Virus record (IMG/VR): IMGVR_UViG_3300020129_000334
Location: 1 to 62,160 of that record
From: a virus
Lineage: Duplodnaviria; Caudoviricetes
DNA: 62,160 bases
Strand: one strand, 5' to 3'
Position numbers and translations under genes: made by a program. Positions 1-8,924 of the stretch are shown in pieces (position 1 is the stretch's first letter; every line of letters starts with the position of its first letter). A model generated the notes under the pieces. It did not search any database. It worked only from the letters and a program-made list of their open reading frames with translations, and was not told the DNA's origin.

Positions 1-18
1 GGTTGTATCGACGACATA
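1..18 (+). repeat. Terminal direct repeat (circular overlap), copy 1
   Basis: GGTTGTATCGACGACATA at 1-18 is identical to 62143-62160. Confidence 0.95.
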
Positions 19-53
19 CCAACGGCCGTACTCTGCGAATAGCCGCATGAAAC

Positions 54-239
54 TCATCGCGCCCACCGAGCGGGCATAGCGCCACCGCGAACGATCCATG
101 TGTCGAGCGCGTCGACCAATTCGGCAAGACGTCCCGCGGCGTGCGTGATCGCATCGTGGTCGATCTTGTCCGCGTCCGTCAGGCGCATGATGCGCGCGGC
201 GAGCATTCGTTGCTGGGCTAGGTTCGCGTCCGGGTCCAT
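54..239 (-). CDS. Hypothetical protein, 61 aa
   Basis: RBS-like AAGGAAAGG upstream; stop overlaps (ATGA) the start of the junction-spanning gene. Confidence 0.75.
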   Translation of the reverse strand: MDPDANLAQQRMLAARIMRLTDADKIDHDAITHAAGRLAELVDALDTWIVRGGAMPARWAR

Positions 240-390
240 GACACACCTTTCCTTTGCGGCTCATCGGCCGATGGCTGACCCGCGGGGCGATCACGCGAGC
301 CAGGGAATCGGAATACGAGCTACTCCGCGCGCGGCGAGCTATTGGCCAGCGCACTCACGATGATGCAGACAATGAGGCCAAGCCAAAACA

Positions 391-753
391 TCAGCGGCCC
401 CCCTTCGCGCGTAGGCAGAGGACGACTGCAGGCCCGCCGTTGCGTCCGGAGTACACGCGCCCGTCGATCGTGGCGGACCATGCCCACATCTCCGCGCGTA
501 CGCAGCCGTAGGACGTCCATCGGCGGACGAGACGGAGCGGGGCGATCGTGGTGCCTTCCCACGTCGTCAGCTCGTACCGGCGATCAGCTCCCGGAGTCGG
601 CCGCGCGCGCTCGCTCACATAGGCCACGATCACGCCGCGAGCATGGTCGATGACGGAACCGAGGGCAGAGAACGATCGCCCCTCATGCTCGATGGTCCCC
701 ACCTCGACACGCGCGCCGGAGTCCAGGGTCCGCGTCTCGGAGTGCCCCTTCAT
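391..753 (-). CDS. Hypothetical protein (MKGHSETR..., 120 aa)
   Basis: GGGGGGAG upstream; ATGA coupling with the gene at 750-938. Confidence 0.7.
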   Translation of the reverse strand: MKGHSETRTLDSGARVEVGTIEHEGRSFSALGSVIDHARGVIVAYVSERARPTPGADRRYELTTWEGTTIAPLRLVRRWTSYGCVRAEMWAWSATIDGRVYSGRNGGPAVVLCLRAKGGR

Positions 754-938
754 GGCTCCCCCCAAGGCGAGACGGCTGCGCGGCGAACGTTGCGAGCCTT
801 GCGCACTCGCCCCTTGCGCGAGCGGACGAGACGCGCGAACGAGCGATGACTCCAGGCCTCGTGTGTGACGGCGCGAACGATGACGATGATCAGCATCGCG
901 GCGAGGAGACGAAAGCAGAAGGCGAGGATCGCGCTCAT
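750..938 (-). CDS. Small membrane protein
   Basis: Hydrophobic N-terminus, GGAGG RBS, coupled to both neighbours. Confidence 0.6.
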   Translation of the reverse strand: MSAILAFCFRLLAAMLIIVIVRAVTHEAWSHRSFARLVRSRKGRVRKARNVRRAAVSPWGEP

Positions 939-1153
939 GTGTCCTCCGCGCCGAGCATGAAACGCTCGACGGCAACACGGTCGAGGGCGCGAGCGCGGTC
1001 CCGTGCGGCATAGTAGGCAGTGCGCGGATCATCGCTGGCGAACCATTCGCACGGCTCGGCGTCGCCCTTGCGCACGATCGCGATCGTCAGGCCCGACTCC
1101 ACCGCGTAGGGGCGAACGAGACTGTAGCAGCCGACGACATAGAGCGGGTCCAT
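935..1153 (-). CDS. Hypothetical protein
   Basis: GGAGG upstream, start/stop overlaps with neighbours. Confidence 0.65.
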   Translation of the reverse strand: MDPLYVVGCYSLVRPYAVESGLTIAIVRKGDAEPCEWFASDDPRTAYYAARDRARALDRVAVERFMLGAEDT

Positions 1154-1503
1154 CAGAGGCCTCCGATCTGGTCAATGACCCCCGAAGCGACCACCGCGGC
1201 GACGATGAGAGCGGCCTGATGACGGAGCGCGATGGGAAGGAACGGACGGGCCCGATCGTGGGCGCCAGCCTGCGCAAGACGCGCGTTGTGCACTTCGACG
1301 GACATGGCCTCGCGAACGAGCGCGCGCGCCGTCTCCACCGCGATGACAGCGTCCGTACGCGCGACGTCGCGCTCCATGGCAACGGTGTCAACGGTCCAGC
1401 GGGACGCGAGCCAGGAAGCGGCAGCGGCGACGACGGCCGGCCCGACGACCATAAGCGCGAAGCAGGCCGGCAAAAGGTGGGAGATCGTTTCGTGGGAATA
1501 CAT
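1153..1503 (-). CDS. Hypothetical membrane protein (MYSHETISH...)
   Basis: GAAAGGAAA RBS; two hydrophobic segments. Confidence 0.65.
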   Translation of the reverse strand: MYSHETISHLLPACFALMVVGPAVVAAAASWLASRWTVDTVAMERDVARTDAVIAVETARALVREAMSVEVHNARLAQAGAHDRARPFLPIALRHQAALIVAAVVASGVIDQIGGL

Positions 1504-1525
1504 GTGGGTTTCCTTTCGGGTTAGA

Positions 1526-1538
1526 GGGTCCCTGGTAA
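1526..1538 (-). promoter_or_regulatory. Dispersed motif GGGTCCCTGGTAA (copy 1 of 5)
   Basis: Same 13-mer, same orientation, within 57809-57822, 58570-58583, 59024-59037 and 59140-59153. Confidence 0.6.
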
Positions 1539-1555
1539 CTTCACTCGAGGCCGAA

Positions 1556-1816
1556 TCACCGCGCGCGCGGTTGGAAACGGCAGGCGGAGTGCTTGATGTT
1601 CGCGAGGCGCACGCTGGGAACGCTGCAGGACGCGACAGCGCGGAGGTTGGCGCTGTAGGAGGACGCGACGCGAACGGTCCAGCGCTCGATGTAGAAGCCT
1701 TCCTCGACCGAGCGGCGCGCAAATGCCATCGCCTTCTCTTGGCTCATCGGGCCGAACGTCTCAGTGCGCCCATCGTTGCCGCGTCGCGAGACCATCTGCT
1801 TGGTGAGGTTGCTCAT
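1556..1816 (-). CDS. Hypothetical protein (MSNLTKQ...)
   Basis: First ORF downstream of the non-coding region, same strand as the block. Confidence 0.55.
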   Translation of the reverse strand: MSNLTKQMVSRRGNDGRTETFGPMSQEKAMAFARRSVEEGFYIERWTVRVASSYSANLRAVASCSVPSVRLANIKHSACRFQPRAR

Positions 1817-1864
1817 GTGTGACCGGTCACAATGCACCCTGCAGTCCAAGGCAGCGCGACATGG

Positions 1865-1880
1865 TTGCAAGCGCTTGCAA
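1865..1880. promoter_or_regulatory. Perfect 16-bp palindrome TTGCAAGCGCTTGCAA (operator or -35 candidate)
   Basis: The 14-bp core TGCAAGCGCTTGCA recurs at 14039-14052, in a divergent intergenic region. Confidence 0.55.
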
Positions 1881-3018
1881 GTGAGCAAGTGACGAAATGC
1901 GGCCATCGAGCTCCCTACCGCGAGCCCATGCCAACGGAGCGAGGAAGGGCTTTCCCCTGCGATCCGGAGCATTTGCGGCGAGTGACGAAAATTGTCAGCG
2001 CCTGCTAGAGAGAAGGACGTTTTTCGGCACTATCGGCCGGGCTGACAGTCCTGCAGTGCTGACAGCCTGCTAGCGAGGAGAGTGAGACGGCTCGCAAGAG
2101 CCGGCGAGCGGGGCTTGCAAGCGAGGATGAGCTAGCAAGCTGGGCAAGTGAAGAGGAGAGCGAGACGAGAGCCGCACGACATGGCCCGCATGGTTTGGGC
2201 GAGTAGCGGCCTGATAGTCGTGGCTGCAGGCGCTGTAGCAGGACGACGTCACGCGCTTGCTGGCCTCACTCAGCAGGGGAAAAGGCTTGGGAGCACCGCT
2301 GGGGTCGGGTTTGAGGCTACGTTCGTTTCCTCGGCCCCAGTGGTTCGCCCGCTTTGAAGCTCAGAAGAGACGCGGGCTTGCTCTCCTCGCCCGTACACGT
2401 GGCGCACACCGCAATCGTAACGCTGCGTAATCGTTGGCTGCTCAGTGGCCAGGTTGGCAGGCGTCGCGAAAGCCCTGTCAGCGCGCGCAGTGTGAACGTG
2501 TACCTGCGTTTACGTGAACGGTGGGAATTCAAGTGCGGGCGGAACCTCGAGCCCCGCCCCTCCCCAACGTCCCCCCGCATACTTAGCCCAGGGGGGGGGT
2601 AGGCCCGGGGGCTCTCGGGCTCATCGCTGATCGATCGCGACTTCGCGAATTCGCCAGCAAAACGACGTCCGCCCTCAGGTAGCCATCGGAATCGCGAATT
2701 GCCCACTTTCAAGTCGTCCCCCCTCACCTTCCCCGCTTGCAAGTGGCACGCTTTCCGACGTAGCTTGCAAGTGCCGCGGGGGCGTGGTGCCTGGAGATGC
2801 GCCAGGACGGGTCTGCACGTTTCGTCCCCTTGAATCACCCCGCGGTCCTCTTCCGGTTGAGCCGCCAGTGGATGAGGCGCGCCAAGTGCCCCCGGCTCCA
2901 GCTCGCATCGAAGTGAAGCTTGAGGTAGCGCGCCAGCCGCTCGAGATGCGCACGTGGGGCCTGCAGTAGCTCCCTGCGCTTCATAGAAACGGAGCGCCCC
3001 ATCCTGCGACTCGAGCCC

Positions 3019-4566
3019 TCACGTTGTCCTTCGCTCCTTCGGCCACGTCACGTCCCAGCCATCGGATACGTCAATCTCCCGCACCTCCACGTTGGCCTTG
3101 CGCAGGCGGCGAGCCAGGTCGGTCGTACTGCGGCCTCCGGGGAAGGCGATCACGACGTCCGGCTTCTCCACGCCATCGTAGGTCTCGTAGCTGATGCGGT
3201 TGTCCTTGGCCCAGCTCCGCGCATAGCTTTCGACGCCGCTCCCGCCATTCTGCAGAACCATGTCCACGCCGCGCTCGGCCTGAAGGGCGTCCAGGTGCTT
3301 GCGAACGATGACGCGGCGGTGATTGCCGATCTTGGATCGCGAGCCGATGACGAGGACGCGCACGCCAAAAGCAGCGGTGGGGGTAGTCCCCTTTCCGGAA
3401 ACCTTACCGGAGGACGCCGCCTCGCCCCTGGTTCCATTCGCCTCCGGCAGCATCCCCCGCGCCGCCGCGAAGCGAAGGACATCCGCCGTCGAATGCGCCC
3501 CGACCTTCCTGTTGATCTTGGCGCGGTGTGTCTGAACCGTCTTGATGCTGAGCCCCAGCTTCTTCGCGATGCCGGCATTGGTGGCGCCGTCCACGATCAG
3601 ATCGAACACCTCCCGCTCGCGTGCCGAAAGCTTCTCGAGCCCAGAGTCGGTGCGGACCGGAGCCTTCGGAATCTCAAGCCCATGAGCGAAACGAACGACG
3701 TCCGCCGTCGAATGGGCCGTACCGAGCACACGGTAAATGCTGCCGAGGTGCGTTCGGATCGTGCTGATGCCGAGCCCGAGCTTTGCGGCGATCTCATTTC
3801 CGCTCATTCCCTCTGCAACCAAGTCGAACACCTCGCGCTCCCGTGGGGTCAGCTTCGCGAGCTTCGACACATCCGGTGGCGCGATCCTGGACGGGGGCGC
3901 TTCCCTCAGGTTCAGTCGCTTGGCCAGCCGCGCCATCGCTGACTCGAGCGGGCCCAGTTGCAGCGCCAGGCCGATCGCCGCCAGCTCGCCGACGTCGGAG
4001 CGTGCCGCCTGCTCGAGAAGCTGCACGACCGTCGCGATCGCCTCGAGCCCCTCACGTGCCGGGCTTGTGGCCGAGGCCTCCCCAATGAGCGCGCCGAGCG
4101 GAACACCGAGCCCCTTCGCCAAACCGATCGCTGTCGAAAACTTCGGGTCCACGTTTCCCCATTCCATGCGTGAGATTTGCGTGTGATGCGTTGAGCTTCG
4201 CTTGGCCAACTCCGCCTGCGTCCATCCGCGCGCCTCGCGAAGAGCGGCCAGCTGCTTCCCGAAGTCCGTCATGCTCGGAATCTCCGCGATCGGCTCCAGC
4301 TCCTCGGCCGGTGGCAGATCGGGAATGTCGTTCGGATCGCCGTCGAGCAATTGGCCCATGGTGATGCCGAAGACGTGCGCCAGGTTCGCGAGCGTGGAGA
4401 GATGCAGGTCCATGTTGGCCTCCCCCAGCTCCAGCCGATTCACCTGACGCCGATCCGTCCCCGTCTTCTTGCCCAGCTCCCCCAAGCTCCACCCGCGAGC
4501 CGCCCGAAGCGCCCGCACGCGCGTAGACAGAACGGCGCCCAGTCCCGGCGGAAGTTGACCCCTCAT
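3019..4566 (-). CDS. Multidomain transcription regulator: 2x XRE HTH, 2x LuxR HTH, C-terminal SLOG (DUF2493/YspA-like) domain
   Basis: RVRALRAARGWSLGELG and LAALREARGWTQAELA (XRE); LTPREREVFDL and LSAREREVFDL...LGLSIKTVQTH (LuxR); RVLVIGSR...NGGSGVESYARSWA...PDVVIAFPGGRSTTD (SLOG-like). Confidence 0.85.
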   Translation of the reverse strand: MRGQLPPGLGAVLSTRVRALRAARGWSLGELGKKTGTDRRQVNRLELGEANMDLHLSTLANLAHVFGITMGQLLDGDPNDIPDLPPAEELEPIAEIPSMTDFGKQLAALREARGWTQAELAKRSSTHHTQISRMEWGNVDPKFSTAIGLAKGLGVPLGALIGEASATSPAREGLEAIATVVQLLEQAARSDVGELAAIGLALQLGPLESAMARLAKRLNLREAPPSRIAPPDVSKLAKLTPREREVFDLVAEGMSGNEIAAKLGLGISTIRTHLGSIYRVLGTAHSTADVVRFAHGLEIPKAPVRTDSGLEKLSAREREVFDLIVDGATNAGIAKKLGLSIKTVQTHRAKINRKVGAHSTADVLRFAAARGMLPEANGTRGEAASSGKVSGKGTTPTAAFGVRVLVIGSRSKIGNHRRVIVRKHLDALQAERGVDMVLQNGGSGVESYARSWAKDNRISYETYDGVEKPDVVIAFPGGRSTTDLARRLRKANVEVREIDVSDGWDVTWPKERRTT

Positions 4567-4694
4567 TTCTTCTTCTCCGCAAGCTCTCGCAACCGGGCGG
4601 CATTAGCGTTCTTGGCGCCGTTCGTCTTCCAGCGCTTGTGCGGTTTGCAGACGCCGCAGCGCGGACCGCACCCGTTGTGCTTCGACCGGCTCAT
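4563..4694 (-). CDS. Small basic Cys/His protein (MSRSKHNGCGPRCGVCKPHK..., 43 aa)
   Basis: Fills the gap with ATGA overlaps on both sides; not in the ORF track. Confidence 0.6.
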   Translation of the reverse strand: MSRSKHNGCGPRCGVCKPHKRWKTNGAKNANAARLRELAEKKK

Positions 4695-5392
4695 GTCGCC
4701 CGCGCCCCGTCCCAGTCCGCCACGCCATCGACTTCCCCCAGCGTGCGAGCCAGCCCTCGCGCCGCTCCCGGACTCAGTTTGTAGAGCGCCGTAAGCCGCT
4801 GCATGGCCTTGCCCGCCTTGCCGAGCCGCCGAGCTGCCGCGCGCCCCTTCCGTCCGCCGTAGAGCGCCCGCCGAAAGAGCGTCTCCCGGCTCGTGTGCGC
4901 GTGCGTCTTCTTCCAGTGCTGCGCCGACTCGCGAAAGGCCGGTAAGCCTTCGAGCAAGCCCTTGATACCGGCATCAAACACCCACCAATCTCCGCGCTGC
5001 ACCGCGAGCCTCTTCGCCACCGACCGACTGATCTCCGGCATGCCGTGGACCTTCAGGTTATCGACGACGCGCGCATGTCCCAGAGCCGCCTCCGCCCACG
5101 TGCGATAGCGCTCTTGGTAGCCGTCGTGCAGTCCGCCGAAGATCATCGTCTCGAAAAGCGCGTTAGGTCGCCCCACGGCCAGGAACACGGTCGAGACGCG
5201 CGCATCGCCGATCGTTGTCTCCCCAACAAATCGCTCGCCGCTGTCATAGAACGCCGACCACTTCAGCAAATCCGCGCACGGCACCGGCACCTTCTCGGCG
5301 TTGAGGATGTATTTGACGATCCCCGCCTTCGTAAAGTCCACTTCCGGGATCTCCGCGAGCGACTCCGGCGTGGGCTCTTCATGCTTGCTCAT
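4691..5392 (-). CDS. Conserved-looking phage hypothetical protein
   Basis: VSTVFL...FETMIFGG...RYRTWAEAALGH is a motif I recognise from phage hypothetical proteins; coupled start. Confidence 0.7.
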   Translation of the reverse strand: MSKHEEPTPESLAEIPEVDFTKAGIVKYILNAEKVPVPCADLLKWSAFYDSGERFVGETTIGDARVSTVFLAVGRPNALFETMIFGGLHDGYQERYRTWAEAALGHARVVDNLKVHGMPEISRSVAKRLAVQRGDWWVFDAGIKGLLEGLPAFRESAQHWKKTHAHTSRETLFRRALYGGRKGRAAARRLGKAGKAMQRLTALYKLSPGAARGLARTLGEVDGVADWDGARAT

Positions 5393-5640
5393 GAAACCTT
5401 CTTCGCTTCTTCGACCACCATGCGGTTGATCTGATCGACGAGCTGCATATCGACCGGCTCGCGACTGTTTAGGCACGTGAACCGATGGAAGGCTTCGCGC
5501 TGCGTGCGGGTCGTCTTGGCCCATGCGCGTTGTGCCGCCTGCTGAACGGGATCATTGAAGGGGAGCGCCCGCATCGTTTCGGAGTCCACGATCACGATCC
5601 GACAGTCGGGGCAGTCGTCGCTGTAGCGCTCGCGGCTCAC
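5389..5640 (-). CDS. Hypothetical protein (CPDC motif)
   Basis: Coupled overlap, purine-rich RBS. Confidence 0.65.
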   Translation of the reverse strand: MSRERYSDDCPDCRIVIVDSETMRALPFNDPVQQAAQRAWAKTTRTQREAFHRFTCLNSREPVDMQLVDQINRMVVEEAKKVS

Positions 5641-5951
5641 TGGCTCCCCCTCGCGTACGGGTCGCAGCGCTTGGACCCCGGCTCAGGGCAGGGCCCGTTG
5701 ACATGCACTTTACACACATTTGCCGGGTGCTCGGTGCAGAGGCCGTGCCCTTCGACGCAGATGAGTGAGTCGTTGTGCTCCGCGACGCAGACCTCCATCA
5801 CGTCCGGCGCTCCGCAATCCAGGCACCACGCCCCCGGCCATCCGCTCCATCGGTGTTCGCTCACGACGGCTTCCCCAGTTTGCACAAGTCGAGCACCTCT
5901 TTGCGGATCGCGATCTCGCATTGCATCTCGCCACACCAGGGAGCCGTCCAC
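5637..5951 (-). CDS. Cys/His-rich putative Zn-binding protein
   Basis: HRWSGWPGAWCLDCG and several further Cys/His residues; start uncertain. Confidence 0.6.
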   Translation of the reverse strand: MDGSLVWRDAMRDRDPQRGARLVQTGEAVVSEHRWSGWPGAWCLDCGAPDVMEVCVAEHNDSLICVEGHGLCTEHPANVCKVHVNGPCPEPGSKRCDPYARGSQ

Positions 5952-5954
5952 ACG

Positions 5955-6137
5955 TCATCCCGCCCCGGGCCGTACAGGCGAATGCGATAGTCCGTCTTCT
6001 TCGGCTTCTTGCATGCCCGGCATTGCTCGCTCATGGCTCTTCTCCAGCTCCACGACCGCCATCCAGATGCCGAGCGAAGTCCCGTCGATGAGGTGCGATC
6101 GCTTCTTCGCCAGCTCGACCAGGTTGCGGAGGTTCAC
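5955..6137 (-). CDS. Hypothetical protein
   Basis: GTGA overlap with the upstream gene. Confidence 0.55.
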   Translation of the reverse strand: MNLRNLVELAKKRSHLIDGTSLGIWMAVVELEKSHERAMPGMQEAEEDGLSHSPVRPGAG

Positions 6138-6658
6138 GAGATCCGGGTCCGATCAAGCAAGTCCCCAAAGCGGCCGCCCATGGGACCGATTCCCTCCGGG
6201 GCGTTGAAAGCCTGCTCGGGCGTCCGCCAATCAAGCGCCAGCGGATCGCGTGAGATGAGGCCAACGCGAACGAAAGGCTTCTCGAACCGGATGTGTTCGA
6301 AGCTGTAGTAAATCGCCTCGCGCCTATCGGGCCGTTTCGATGGGAGGTCGCCCTTCTTGCCGTACGGCGCAAACCAGACTTCACTGCTGAACGCGATGCC
6401 GACCGCCCCGTACTGGCGAATCATCGCGCGCAGTGCGTCGGCGAAGGCGTCCTTTTCCCGACTATTCCGCGGCGCTCGCTCGCTCATGACAGGAACGATG
6501 TGCGGATTTGGCGTTTCCTTTCCGTCGGGATCTCGGGTCGCAATCATGACGGCGAACGGATTCCAATGGCCCTTTTTGAGGAAGTAATCGCCGACCACCT
6601 TGACGTCCTCTTCGGCCCACGCCAGCGCTCCGTCTCGAGTCAACAGGTCCATCCTCAC
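6134..6658 (-). CDS. Hypothetical protein, 174 aa
   Basis: Globular composition, coupled to neighbours. Confidence 0.75.
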   Translation of the reverse strand: MRMDLLTRDGALAWAEEDVKVVGDYFLKKGHWNPFAVMIATRDPDGKETPNPHIVPVMSERAPRNSREKDAFADALRAMIRQYGAVGIAFSSEVWFAPYGKKGDLPSKRPDRREAIYYSFEHIRFEKPFVRVGLISRDPLALDWRTPEQAFNAPEGIGPMGGRFGDLLDRTRIS

Positions 6659-6954
6659 TCCGCCTTCCTGCTCCAGACAACGGCCGCCTTGAAAAGCTTA
6701 TCGGTGGCCTCAGAGACGCCCATCTCGCCGCGCACCTTCGGCTGGTGATAGGCCTTGTTCACGCGGTACGCCGCCTCGAGCACGCGAGCGAGGTCCAGGC
6801 TCTCGACGATCGCGAAGATGCGCTTTCGCTCCGGCGTCTCCTTCAGGCAGACGTAGATGCTCGCCCCACTGGTGACGGTCGTGATCTCGTCCTCGTTCGC
6901 GAAGTCCCCACTGAAGACGAGCCCCACCTGATTGCCCGAGCTGGAGCCGCTCAT
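6655..6954 (-). CDS. Hypothetical protein
   Basis: Overlapping start/stop at both ends. Confidence 0.7.
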   Translation of the reverse strand: MSGSSSGNQVGLVFSGDFANEDEITTVTSGASIYVCLKETPERKRIFAIVESLDLARVLEAAYRVNKAYHQPKVRGEMGVSEATDKLFKAAVVWSRKAE

Positions 6955-7256
6955 TTCTCGAGCCCCTCACGCATCCACTTCAGCTCGGCCAGCTCCTTCT
7001 TGAGCGCCGCGATCTCGTCCTCGGCTTTCTTCACGAACGTCAACAGCTCGCCAAGCTCCTTCGCCGTGACGACGACGACCGCGAGATCGCCAACGACTTG
7101 GTGCCGCACAAGCCGCCCGGTCAGCTCCTCGAGCCACTTCTTTCGCACTAGTCCTCCTTCGAAAGCTTGCGCAGCCAGAACAGCGCCTCGGTGCGCGTGA
7201 GTTTGTGGTTGTTTGGGATATCGAGCACGCGCGACGGATGGGCAATACTCCACCAC
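6951..7256 (-). CDS. Hypothetical coiled-coil protein (real start probably GTG near 7148)
   Basis: GGAGGA RBS before VRKKWLEE; C-terminal heptad pattern. Confidence 0.55.
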   Translation of the reverse strand: MVEYCPSVARARYPKQPQTHAHRGAVLAAQAFEGGLVRKKWLEELTGRLVRHQVVGDLAVVVVTAKELGELLTFVKKAEDEIAALKKELAELKWMREGLEK

Positions 7257-7654
7257 CCCTCACCTGGATTCGTCAAAGCTGCGCACCAATCGCCGACACT
7301 GAACCGCGAGGCCATCGCGAGCTTGTTCATGTAGTCGGCGATCATCTCTTCTTGCTCGCCGAACACCTCGAGCTGCACTTGAGCTTTCATGCGCGCCAGC
7401 TCCTGCATGCTCTCCAGACGATGCAGGTAATCGAATATCCGCTCGCGCCCGCGGTCCTCCACAAGGATGCTCACGCGCACCGGCTCGTTCCCAGAGGCCT
7501 CCGTCCAGCGAAGCCCGTTCTTTCGCTTGAGCACTGTTTCATCGACCGTGCGTTTGGCGAACATGGCTGCGCGGTCCTGGGCCTTTCCACTATCGAGTTG
7601 TCCGGACAGAAACGCCCTTCGGTACTGGGGACTGAGCCACGCTGCTGCGATCAC
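7148..7654 (-). CDS. Hypothetical protein, 168 aa
   Basis: Coupled in the operon. Confidence 0.7.
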   Translation of the reverse strand: MIAAAWLSPQYRRAFLSGQLDSGKAQDRAAMFAKRTVDETVLKRKNGLRWTEASGNEPVRVSILVEDRGRERIFDYLHRLESMQELARMKAQVQLEVFGEQEEMIADYMNKLAMASRFSVGDWCAALTNPGEGWWSIAHPSRVLDIPNNHKLTRTEALFWLRKLSKED

Positions 7655-7905
7655 GACGGCCTCGCCTTCTGGTGCTCTTCCTCGGTCGTGATGGTCGCCG
7701 GCTGCTTCTCGATCAGGTCGAGGTACTTCCCCAGCTCTTCATCCCAGAGCACCGGCATCGTGCGCAGGAAGCCGCCGAGCATCCCGTCGAAGCTCACCAT
7801 CAGCGAGCGAGAGTTGCCGCTGGCCAGGAGCACACGGCCCCCGACGGTTTGGCCCTTGTACGTAATGTAGATCCGGAGCCCCGTGCGCATGTTCGGCGGA
7901 TTCAT
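7651..7905 (-). CDS. Hypothetical protein (MNPPNMRTG...)
   Basis: GGAGAG RBS, ATGA overlap. Confidence 0.7.
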   Translation of the reverse strand: MNPPNMRTGLRIYITYKGQTVGGRVLLASGNSRSLMVSFDGMLGGFLRTMPVLWDEELGKYLDLIEKQPATITTEEEHQKARPS

Positions 7906-8294
7906 TTGCTCTCCAATGCGTCGAGTACGCGCTGCAGTCGCTCCGGATCGGCCTGTCCCGGATGCTTCATCAGCCATTCGATCGTGGCCTTCAGGAAAAC
8001 AACCTTCGTGTCGAGCTTCTCGATTCGCTTCTGGTCGTCGGCCATGGCCTCGAGCGCATACGCCACTTCCCCCTCGAGCACGTCGTACGGGTCCAGCTTC
8101 GGATCGTAGTATTGGCCCCGCTCGCCCCGCAGCTTCCGATTCACCATCACCACGCGCTGCATATGCGCCTCGAGCTTCGCCTCTAGCTCTTTGATGCGGA
8201 CCTTTGCGCATAGCCGGCAGAGCATGGGAGCAACGATGCTCTCGGTCGCGTCGTCGAGGATGTGCCGCAAGCAGGTTATGCAGGGGTCGCTCAT
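7902..8294 (-). CDS. Hypothetical protein with two CxxC motifs and a coiled coil (MSDPCITC...)
   Basis: CITC and CRLC motifs; ATGA overlap. Confidence 0.7.
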   Translation of the reverse strand: MSDPCITCLRHILDDATESIVAPMLCRLCAKVRIKELEAKLEAHMQRVVMVNRKLRGERGQYYDPKLDPYDVLEGEVAYALEAMADDQKRIEKLDTKVVFLKATIEWLMKHPGQADPERLQRVLDALESK

Positions 8295-8524
8295 TTCGGC
8301 TCGACTTTCGTTGCCAGCTCGACGCCCGCCGCGTGGGCCTTCCATTTCCCCAGGGCCATCTCGTAGGCAATCTTGCGACACATGGCCGCGAACAGCCGCA
8401 GCTCCGCCACGCGCACGGTCTCGTTTCCTGCCATTCTCTTCAATCGATCCGCCTGCGCGTCGTAATCGGCCCCCTCGCTCGCCAGCCAATTGAGGATCGC
8501 CTGGACAGTCTCTTGCTCGTTCAT
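8291..8524 (-). CDS. Hypothetical protein (MNEQETV...)
   Basis: ATGA overlaps. Confidence 0.65.
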   Translation of the reverse strand: MNEQETVQAILNWLASEGADYDAQADRLKRMAGNETVRVAELRLFAAMCRKIAYEMALGKWKAHAAGVELATKVEPK

Positions 8525-8739
8525 GACGTGTACTCGTGAGTGCAGCCGTTTGAGCGACTCGATGCCGGATTCTTCGGATGCAGGCCGCAATGGATGCAGA
8601 GCTGCGCGTCCTTCTTCTTCGACTGCATCACGGCGCGAACCTCCGGCAGCTCCGGGTACTCGTGATGCATGCCGTAGGTGCACGTCGGCCCCGGTGGATT
8701 GCGCTCGTGATGCCGCAAGCAGAAGATGCAGACGGTCAT
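8521..8739 (-). CDS. Small Cys/His-rich protein
   Basis: CIFC...CTYGMHH and CIHC...CTH motifs. Confidence 0.7.
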   Translation of the reverse strand: MTVCIFCLRHHERNPPGPTCTYGMHHEYPELPEVRAVMQSKKKDAQLCIHCGLHPKNPASSRSNGCTHEYTS

Positions 8740-8915
8740 CGCGGTTTGCTCAGCAGGTAATCCAGGTGGTCCTTGGCTTCTACGAGCTTCATGAGCACCG
8801 GTCGCGCAAGCCCTCGTCGGGTGCGATCGTCGATGCCCTCAAGGCTCTCGATGGCGGCCCGAATGAAGCCCTCCGCCGACTGCATCCGATAGAACGCTCG
8901 CTCGTCGTCGCTCAT
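8736..8915 (-). CDS. Hypothetical protein (MSDDERAFY..., 59 aa)
   Basis: GAAAGG RBS, ATGA overlap downstream; not in the ORF track. Confidence 0.6.
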   Translation of the reverse strand: MSDDERAFYRMQSAEGFIRAAIESLEGIDDRTRRGLARPVLMKLVEAKDHLDYLLSKPR

Positions 8916-8924
8916 GTCTGCCTT

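Noticed and set aside
1-18. attL/attR pair or true terminal repeat
   Set aside because: The repeat lies inside a gene that reads through the junction and is far from int; it is most simply an assembly overlap.
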